DNA of 20,000 nt from assembly GCA_031400935.1 (NCBI GenBank), contig JANNQV010000065.1:116188-136187 (forward strand). The letters run 5' to 3'. The notes beneath the pieces were generated by a model. That model saw only the letters and a program-made list of their open reading frames with translations. It was not told the origin of the DNA and ran no database searches. The position numbers and the translations under genes are program-made. The stretch is from Armatimonadota bacterium (lineage in GTDB: Bacteria; Armatimonadota; Fimbriimonadia; Fimbriimonadales; Fimbriimonadaceae). Below, in pieces: positions 8,202 to 14,847 of the stretch (its first letter is position 1; each line of letters opens with the position of its first letter).

Positions 8202-8283
8202 AATAGGACAGATAAGTCTTATAAGATAAATGGGACTTATTCGTTCTAATTCCTTATGACCCTATGACCCAATTACCCCAAGA
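8202..8283. repeat. Degenerate 8-9-nt tandem repeats in two oppositely oriented blocks between convergent ndk and vWA genes
   Basis: + strand AATAGGACA GATAAGTCT TATAAGATA AATGGGACT (8202-8237); - strand TTGGGGTAA TTGGGTCA TAGGGTCA TAAGGAAT. Confidence 0.45.
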
Positions 8284-8285
8284 GC

Positions 8286-9695
8286 CTACTTCTTCCCTTG
8301 ATCCAAGTTCACCATAGTGCCCATCAGAGTCTTTTCAGCCCCAGCGGTGTCGCCTGATTGAATCGCTCGCATAGCAAGAGTAACTTCTTGTGCCTCTTGA
8401 GTTCGCCCTTCTTGCAGCAAAAGCATTTGAGTTTTCTGAAGATCGGCAACGGCTCCCATTACCGTAATCTGCCCAGATTTCAAGCCCATAATCGTCTTTT
8501 CGACAACCCTGGACGCTGCCTGAATGTCGGCGGCTTGGCGCACCTGCGGATTTACCGGAACCGAGTATTTCGAAGCGTCGGCGGTGAATTCTATCGCCAT
8601 ATCAATGTCAACTGTTTCTGTTCGTCCAGAAAGACAATTGTCAAAAGTCAATCGTCCAGCAACCACTCGGTAGTGCCCAAGCGGGTGATTTTGGAATTCA
8701 ACATCTACCACTTGCTGCATGGTTGCACCACGTTCCATATCGGCTAACGCGATGGAAAACTCGCGATTGTCGGCCCCTTTTGCTTCCCATCCAGTTGACC
8801 GAAGTGAAACCCAACGTGCCAATTTGACTTCCAAGCGTAGGTTCTGCGCGACCACGGTTGACAATTTCTCCAGTTCAGTTCGAAAAACTTCAGGAATCAA
8901 ATCAGGACGCGGAATAAAGTAGTAATTTCCACCCGTTCGCTTTGCCATTGCCGCCAAAAGCTCTTCGTTGTAATCGGGCCCAAATCCTAAGAACGTAACG
9001 GTTATCCCGCGATTCTTTATCTCATGGGCATGCTGAACTAATGACTGAAAATCCTTGATGCCCGCAGTCGGGTCGCCGTCGGAAAGCACGATCATTCGCG
9101 TTGCTCGATTCGCGTCTGCCGTTTGTAAAACTTGCGCCATTCCAAGGGCCAGGCCATCGTACAGATTCGTTGTATTGCCTGGCGTCAGCCTTGAAATGCC
9201 TTGCTTGATCGGGTCCTTAGCCGTAACTCGCTGCGGCGGCATTAATACGTCAACTGTTTCTTCAAATGTGACAATGCTCAGCACATCGTTTGGCGAAAGG
9301 AGGTCAACCACGTAGCAGCAAGCCTGCTTTACATATTCGAGCGGAGCGCCCTCCATCGAACCTGATCGGTCAATCACCAGGCACAAATTCAACGGTGTTC
9401 TGGTTACTCCGACACCCAATCCTGGAAGTGCTGTTTGTCCAGCAGCTTGAAGTTCGATCAAGAACTGTTCTCTCGCAGGGCCATTTGCCATCGTGGCGTC
9501 GCGGCTAGAAATGATGGAAGCTGAAAGCGCGGCTTCTGGAGCCATTGGAGCCATCATCGAAGTCTTGTTTGGGTCCATCGCACCCATGGCTCGGGTCTTG
9601 TTCGGATCTGTGGCAACGGGCGATCCAAGCACAGTTCGGTTCGGGTCTATGGTCGGTGCTCCAATAACGGTTTTGTTTGGGTCAACTGGCTGCAT
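8286..9695 (-). CDS. vWA-domain protein (YfbK-like, intact MIDAS) with N-terminal DPN[KR]T repeats
   Basis: PLNLCLVIDRSGSM (DxSxS), GNTTNLYDGL, IVLSDG, YNEELL..MA...GGNYYFI; no signal peptide. Start placed at ATG 9695 (alternative TTG 9707). Confidence 0.9.
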   Translation of the reverse strand: MQPVDPNKTVIGAPTIDPNRTVLGSPVATDPNKTRAMGAMDPNKTSMMAPMAPEAALSASIISSRDATMANGPAREQFLIELQAAGQTALPGLGVGVTRTPLNLCLVIDRSGSMEGAPLEYVKQACCYVVDLLSPNDVLSIVTFEETVDVLMPPQRVTAKDPIKQGISRLTPGNTTNLYDGLALGMAQVLQTADANRATRMIVLSDGDPTAGIKDFQSLVQHAHEIKNRGITVTFLGFGPDYNEELLAAMAKRTGGNYYFIPRPDLIPEVFRTELEKLSTVVAQNLRLEVKLARWVSLRSTGWEAKGADNREFSIALADMERGATMQQVVDVEFQNHPLGHYRVVAGRLTFDNCLSGRTETVDIDMAIEFTADASKYSVPVNPQVRQAADIQAASRVVEKTIMGLKSGQITVMGAVADLQKTQMLLLQEGRTQEAQEVTLAMRAIQSGDTAGAEKTLMGTMVNLDQGKK

Positions 9696-9749
9696 AACAA
9701 TTCTCAAAACGACTTTTGATTTATTAGTTTATCGGTATTTCGGGCAAAT

Positions 9750-11189
9750 TCATTCGACACGGAACGTCGTTACACCTATTTTGACGAGATCACCTGGTCG
9801 AATCGTTGTTGTTGTTATTCGTTGTCCGTTCACAAAAGTGCCATTTGTGCTTCCCAAATCGGCCACTTCTACACCGTTTGGTGAAGTTGAGAATCGCACA
9901 TGCTTCCTCGAAACAGAGGTGTCAAATGCAAGTGGAATCGGTCCCGATTCCCTTCCAATTTCCAAAGCAATATCTATCGAGAACATTCTTCCTGCCATAG
10001 GGCCATCCACTGCATGTAGAACTCGTGGTACACCAGCCTGGGGCGCAGGCTGCATCGGTTGCGGCATTGCGACGGTCTGTTGAACGGTCGAAACTTGCTG
10101 AGTCATTTGGCTCGCCGGGTCGTACATTTGAGTACGTTGCTGTCCTTGCATTTGTTGAGGGTATGCAGGCATTTGACTTTGCATCGGAGCCATTGGCGCC
10201 CCGTGCGCCGCCTCTACTGCCTTACGTTGAGCGCCCGCTCGAAGTGAAAAGATCAACTGATATGGCCCGATCTGAATCACGGCGCCATCATATAGATGTG
10301 CTTGTGAAATCCTCTGGCCGTTAATGTAAGTTCCAATCTGGCTCCCGCCATCTACCAGCATATACTGAGGGCCATTACGCTGAATGCAGGCATGCATCGG
10401 AGCGATGTTCATATCGCCAAAGAGCGGAACATGAGCCCTTTCGTTTCTGCCCAAAAAGGTTTGTGCTGCATCCACGATCCACTCTTTTCCTTCGTTTCTT
10501 CCGAGCACGAGCCGAACCCATGCGGTGCGAGTGAGTCGGGCAAAAATGGCTGTGAAGAGGCCAATGGACATGCCAAGCAGAATTGCCAAAATGGCTCGCG
10601 AAGGCCCACCCACTTCGGCGGCGATTCTCGGAATCCCGTTCGCATCAACTTGGTTCAGCCCGCCCTTTGCCATGATCACCATTGGCCCGAGAATTCCGGC
10701 GATAATATCAAAACTCATGCCGCTTAGGATTCCGCCAACCGCTCCACCTAATGCACCCACCGCAACCCGTCTCCATGAGAGCCCAGTAGCACCAACAACA
10801 GCTCCAATCACCGCTCCAAACGGCATAAACGCAAGCGTTCGAGCAAGAATCGCCATCGGTAATGGCATTCCTTCTACGCCCCCGCGCGAACTTGCAATGG
10901 ACTGAAAAAGCTGTCCTCCGATTTGAAGTCCGAGAAGCCCGCCTGGCGCACCAATCAATAGGCCAAGCAGTCCTCCTCGGATCACGTGCGATTTGCTTCC
11001 TTGATACCAACCATTGACGGCTCCGATTGCACAACCGATGAATGCCCCGATAATGGCGGCATACATCATTTCCCAACGTTGCCAGGCTATCGGATCGTTT
11101 ACAAGCCCCGGATTCATCGGCTCTACAATCGCCCAGCCCGCAAAACCAGCAAGGCCCCCAGCGATCATGGCAAAGAAGAGTAGGCCCAT
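9750..11189 (-). CDS. Polytopic Gly-rich membrane protein with two C-terminal FHA domains
   Basis: About 6 GxxxG-rich hydrophobic helices (aa 1-220); FHA1 (LGR...H...GTYING); Q/P/M-rich linker; FHA2 (IGR...VSRKH...DLGSTNGTFVNG). Confidence 0.88.
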   Translation of the reverse strand: MGLLFFAMIAGGLAGFAGWAIVEPMNPGLVNDPIAWQRWEMMYAAIIGAFIGCAIGAVNGWYQGSKSHVIRGGLLGLLIGAPGGLLGLQIGGQLFQSIASSRGGVEGMPLPMAILARTLAFMPFGAVIGAVVGATGLSWRRVAVGALGGAVGGILSGMSFDIIAGILGPMVIMAKGGLNQVDANGIPRIAAEVGGPSRAILAILLGMSIGLFTAIFARLTRTAWVRLVLGRNEGKEWIVDAAQTFLGRNERAHVPLFGDMNIAPMHACIQRNGPQYMLVDGGSQIGTYINGQRISQAHLYDGAVIQIGPYQLIFSLRAGAQRKAVEAAHGAPMAPMQSQMPAYPQQMQGQQRTQMYDPASQMTQQVSTVQQTVAMPQPMQPAPQAGVPRVLHAVDGPMAGRMFSIDIALEIGRESGPIPLAFDTSVSRKHVRFSTSPNGVEVADLGSTNGTFVNGQRITTTTIRPGDLVKIGVTTFRVE

Positions 11190-11192
11190 ACG

Positions 11193-12491
11193 TTACGCCT
11201 CGTATCGAAACCGAATTGCACCAAATTGAACTGTGTCGCCAGGTTTGAGTTCGGTTTCGGTTGAAATCTGAATTCCATTGACAAAAGTTCCGTTCGTACT
11301 TCCTTCGTCCCTTATTCGAACAACCCCTGCGCCGGATGAAATCGTTGCATGTTTGCGGGAAATTGTCGTCTCGCCAGGAATCACCAAATCTCCAGCTTCT
11401 CGGCTTACCAAACTGTCTCCTTCTGGGATTTCAAAAGCCGTACCAGATTCTCCAACCAGCCTAGAAATCCCCGAAGCGACCGAAGCGACAAAGGGGACAG
11501 AAGCGACACCGGACATAGTAGGTGGAACCCCTGGATCAGCGTCGCCCAGAATGATTTTCTCTGGAGGAGCTAAAACAACTGGCGCGACCTGCGTTGCAGC
11601 CGCGGGGTCTTGGTCAGGCGATCTGGGAACTTGGACTCCCATTTCCTCAAGTTTCTTTTGAACCGTCGCTGGGTTCTTTCTCACCCATGAAAGCAGCAGC
11701 CAAAACGCCGCAGCCGCGACGATCAACGCTATGAGAAAGCTAAGAAGTCCTCCAAGCGGATTGGTTGTGTCTGAGCCGCCTTTACCGCCTCCGCCTGTCG
11801 CGCCCGTTCCGCCCTTTGGCTCGTCTCCTTTGGAATCAGGATTAGCTGCACCACCCTCGCCGGATTCTTTGGTTTCGCCTGATTCAGAAGTAGCACCCTC
11901 TTCAACGGTCGCAACAGGTTCTGCAATGGAGACGACCAATGTTGGTATCGGAGTTTTTCGATTCAAATCGAGCTTGAATGATTGCGAAATTGGTTCGCTG
12001 GTTTTGCCCTGCGTGCTGTATGTGACCTCGACTAAAATGCTGTTCGGGCTTACCGCAAAGAATGACAATACGCCCTTACGAGTCGAATCCAATATATTTG
12101 TAGCATCTCTTCTGCCATCTTTGAACCGAACGCTTGCACTTTCAACCGGCTTGCCTTTGTGCTCGACACGAACATCAACTCGCATGATCCATTTGAAATC
12201 GCTCGCCTGAATCGCCCATTGGCCGGCAATCTGAGAAAGCGGTTTTGCAGCCAGATTTCCAGAGACCAAATCCCATACAAAAACTTGGTCTCTTGTCCCA
12301 GCGTTCGGGGTTTTGAATTCAAAAGTGCCTCCCGTCGCCTGTACCATCTGTGCGGGAATTGTGTCCGGCGGCATTTCAGCGATCCAGATTTGCCGCTCGC
12401 TGGCGGACGGAAACGTGAATTTCACTTGGCCTTGTGAAAAAGAAAAACCGCACACGCAACAGGCGAAGGCAATGAGTACAGACCGAATCAT
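11193..12491 (-). CDS. Single-pass membrane protein: signal peptide, extracytoplasmic beta-rich domain, TM helix, cytoplasmic FHA domain
   Basis: MIRSVLIAFACCVCGFSFSQ signal-like N-terminus; TM LLSFLIALIVAAAAFWLLLSWV followed by RK; FHA ISRKH...DEGSTNGTFVNG...LKPGDTVQFG. Start placed at ATG 12491 (alternative GTG 12515). Confidence 0.85.
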   Translation of the reverse strand: MIRSVLIAFACCVCGFSFSQGQVKFTFPSASERQIWIAEMPPDTIPAQMVQATGGTFEFKTPNAGTRDQVFVWDLVSGNLAAKPLSQIAGQWAIQASDFKWIMRVDVRVEHKGKPVESASVRFKDGRRDATNILDSTRKGVLSFFAVSPNSILVEVTYSTQGKTSEPISQSFKLDLNRKTPIPTLVVSIAEPVATVEEGATSESGETKESGEGGAANPDSKGDEPKGGTGATGGGGKGGSDTTNPLGGLLSFLIALIVAAAAFWLLLSWVRKNPATVQKKLEEMGVQVPRSPDQDPAAATQVAPVVLAPPEKIILGDADPGVPPTMSGVASVPFVASVASGISRLVGESGTAFEIPEGDSLVSREAGDLVIPGETTISRKHATISSGAGVVRIRDEGSTNGTFVNGIQISTETELKPGDTVQFGAIRFRYEA

Positions 12492-12499
12492 TATTCCAA

Positions 12500-12527
12500 G
12501 GGACGAACCTCGCACAAATTTGGTTCT
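12500..12527 (-). promoter_or_regulatory. Putative ECF-sigma promoter of the FHA-FHA-vWA operon: AGAACC-N16-CGTCCC
   Basis: Motif ends 8 nt before ATG 12491; same architecture as 7540-7567 and 15781-15809. Confidence 0.45.
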
Positions 12528-12600
12528 ATTCCGTCCTGGTCTTTAGGAGATTGATCCAAAGCGGATCATTTAAAATTACCACTTTCAGATTCTGGCACCC

Positions 12601-12633
12601 TTTGGGAAACAGCTGAAAATACTGTTTCCCAAA
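12601..12633. repeat. Perfect 12-bp inverted repeat TTTGGGAAACAG-N9-CTGTTTCCCAAA
   Basis: Read directly from the sequence; abuts the composite element at 12634; no 3' U-tract on either strand. Confidence 0.7.
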
Positions 12634-12862
12634 AATCTCGAAGAGATTTCGTACGTCAACCCAAGGTTAGCTCCGTCTACGGGGCTAACCTTGGGTCATG
12701 CATCGTTGGTTTCCCAACCTCGAAGAGGTTGCGTACAATTCGATTTGGCAAAGAACCGAAACGCAACCCTTTCAGGGTTGGAATGTAAAAACGTCCGTTA
12801 CCCCACGTTGATTCGGTAGACCGAATTAATGTGGGGCTGACATACGAAATCTCTTCGAGATT
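12634..12862. repeat. Composite palindromic REP/REPIN-like element: two inverted ~101-bp arms, each with three hairpins
   Basis: Arm L 12634-12734, arm R 12761-12862, 26-bp spacer. Outer 26 nt match 24/26. Each arm is AATCTC-GAA-GAGATT, then a 17-18-bp stem capped by GTCTAC, then CAACC(TC/CT)-GAA-(GA/AG)GGTTGCGT. Confidence 0.85.
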
Positions 12863-12896
12863 ATAGGCAAATTACATCTGAATTGGCCGGTTTGCA

Positions 12897-13778
12897 TCAA
12901 TCCCAGCCTTTTAGAATCTCTTGGCGTGCCCTAGGCAACAAATCGGCGAGTTCATGAGCCAAGAACCCAATTTCGCCTATTTGCTTAGCCGCCAAATCAC
13001 CTGCAAAACCATGCCAAAACGCCCCTGTAATTGCCGCATCAAATGGCGACAGCTTTTGGGCAAGAAGTGTTCCAATCACACCTGATAGAACATCGCCCAT
13101 TCCAGGAGCGGCCATCCCGGAATTTCCGGTTGTGTTCTGCACCGGAATTGCGCCTGGAGCGGCGATTAGCGTTCCTGAGCCCTTCAAGAGCACAACAGCC
13201 GAATATCGCGATGCCGCATTTCCGACTGCTCTCTTGCGGTCAAACCGAATCTCGTCTGATGTGGACTGAAGCAATCTCGCTATTTCGGCCTCATGCGGGG
13301 TCAAAACGCAAGGCGATTGCGGCATTTTTGCGCCTTGGGCAATGCAATTCAATCCGTCCGCATCAATCACAGTTGGCAATTTCCAATTCAGGAAAAGCTC
13401 GGACAAGAAGACTTTTGTCGTTTGAGCGATTCCAAATCCTGGTCCAATAACGGCAGAATCCACATTTGCTGCATAGTGCCGAACAACTTGAGCAGCGTCA
13501 ATTGAGATTTCTCCTGCCATTCCCGTTGGAAGTTCGAGAAGAATTGCTTCAGGGAGATTTACTCCAACCGTGGTCAAAACACTGGCAACACTTGCAACAG
13601 TCACCTTTCCTGCCCCGGCACGTAGTGCTCCTCGTGCTGCCAAAACTGCCGCACCAGGCATATTCTTGCTTCCGGCAATGATGAGCACCCAACCGTTGTC
13701 TCCCTTATGGCTATTAATAGTCCGTTGAGGCAACAATTTGGCTATCTCTGAATTTGAAATCGTTTCCACAGTCCTCAT
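12897..13778 (-). CDS. nnrD: ADP-dependent (S)-NAD(P)H-hydrate dehydratase (stand-alone YjeF C-terminal domain)
   Basis: SHKGDNG.VLIIAGS..MPGAAVLAA.GALRAGAG, IGPG.G, VIDADGL, LTPH..E, VLLKG, GMGDVLSG. Confidence 0.92.
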   Translation of the reverse strand: MRTVETISNSEIAKLLPQRTINSHKGDNGWVLIIAGSKNMPGAAVLAARGALRAGAGKVTVASVASVLTTVGVNLPEAILLELPTGMAGEISIDAAQVVRHYAANVDSAVIGPGFGIAQTTKVFLSELFLNWKLPTVIDADGLNCIAQGAKMPQSPCVLTPHEAEIARLLQSTSDEIRFDRKRAVGNAASRYSAVVLLKGSGTLIAAPGAIPVQNTTGNSGMAAPGMGDVLSGVIGTLLAQKLSPFDAAITGAFWHGFAGDLAAKQIGEIGFLAHELADLLPRARQEILKGWD

Positions 13779-14326
13779 TCTAGCGGTTCAGCGGACCGTA
13801 GTCCTACGAATTTGATCGGAGCGCCGCATGTGGCATGAACAAAAGCTCTTCGTTTTGGAAGTCTTCGCTTTCTGGGAAGTTCGGCACCGCATCCGATGCA
13901 TTTGTAAATGACTAATTGCCTAGCTTGATTTCGCTCTACCTCGTATTTGTGACGCACGATCGGCTCTTCTCCAAGTTCGCGCATTGCTTTTTGCCAAATA
14001 GGACCATGTCCGCGTCCGTTTCTCGGCGAACGTTCAAATGCAATCAAGTGGGCGTATTCATGCAGCAATGTAGAGCTAAGCCTCTCCTCATCTGTTATCA
14101 AAAGCCGGCTCAAACCAATCGTTCCGACTTCCAGATACGCCTTTCCAGCAGCAACCCGATAGTTTCGCCAAACCAACTTGGCTGGAGTTCTTAACGGATG
14201 GCCCTCAGATAATTCGTCAAGCATTTTTTCAACAATTTGCTGGAATTCGACGTTCGGTGAGCCCTGGCAAGCCAACCTCTCTGAGGTAGTTTGTTCTTGC
14301 CTACGACTGCCGAAAAGCTTCAACAT
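13775..14326 (-). CDS. SprT-like zinc metalloprotease
   Basis: AGKA, IGLS..L, TLLHEYAH (HExxH), HG..W..AM, Y.C..C zinc ribbon. Start uncertain (ATG 14326 or GTG 14338). Confidence 0.85.
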   Translation of the reverse strand: MLKLFGSRRQEQTTSERLACQGSPNVEFQQIVEKMLDELSEGHPLRTPAKLVWRNYRVAAGKAYLEVGTIGLSRLLITDEERLSSTLLHEYAHLIAFERSPRNGRGHGPIWQKAMRELGEEPIVRHKYEVERNQARQLVIYKCIGCGAELPRKRRLPKRRAFVHATCGAPIKFVGLRSAEPLE

Positions 14327-14847
14327 TGGCTTCGCCACTCATCCACTGCTATTCGAAAAAGCTCCAGCACCAAATCATGGTACCGGTCGGTTTGGCCCTG
14401 ATGCATCAATCCGCATCGGACAGCGACACGCCATGACGCCTGGTTTTCGGCCAGCAGAATGGCAAAAATCTCCTCAATACCTATAACCTCGAACCCATAG
14501 TTAATGGCTCCCTTTGCGGCTTCAGTTGCATAACCCACTCCCCAATATCCATAGTGCAAATGCCAACCAACTTCTATCCTATCATCGTTTGGCAATGGCT
14601 TCAGCATCGTGCATCCGATCACTCTTTGATCTTCTTTGTGCCAAATCGCCCAATAGCCGTGGGGCTTGTCCTTCCACATCTCGATGATTGGGGAAATTCG
14701 TTCTCTTATTTCGTCGTGAGATTGAACGGGGTCGCGTTGAAGAAATGTCATCACTTCTGGGCGAGAGTAGATTTCAAAAAGATCGGGCACGTCTTTTTCG
14801 CTCAATTCTCTAATGATGAGCCGCTCGGTTTGGAAAATTTCGCGCAC
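14320..14847 (-). CDS. GNAT N-acetyltransferase, RimJ/RimL family
   Basis: TERLIIR, IEVGWHL...YWGVGYATEAA, EN.ASWRVA.RCG. Confidence 0.92.
   Translation of the reverse strand: MREIFQTERLIIRELSEKDVPDLFEIYSRPEVMTFLQRDPVQSHDEIRERISPIIEMWKDKPHGYWAIWHKEDQRVIGCTMLKPLPNDDRIEVGWHLHYGYWGVGYATEAAKGAINYGFEVIGIEEIFAILLAENQASWRVAVRCGLMHQGQTDRYHDLVLELFRIAVDEWRSQC

Noticed and set aside
9706..9742. Fourth ECF-like promoter (AAAC...CGTT) before the vWA gene
   Set aside because: The spacer is 2 nt shorter than in the other three and the AACC core is not matched.
9493..10083. 196-aa + strand ORF and other long antisense ORFs (11731-12210, 5337-5795, 11278-11661)
   Set aside because: Antisense shadows of well-supported minus-strand genes, without motifs of their own.
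8286..12491. Type VI secretion Fha/TagH locus
   Set aside because: No tss, hcp, vgrG or ppkA genes; the FHA domains are C-terminal on membrane proteins, unlike TagH.
12601..12633. Rho-independent terminator for nnrD
   Set aside because: The stem is followed by A-rich sequence on both strands, with no 3' U-tract.
12601..12862. CRISPR array or integron attC sites
   Set aside because: Units are inverted rather than direct, there are no unique spacers of constant length, no cas or intI gene is present, and flanking genes are housekeeping-like.
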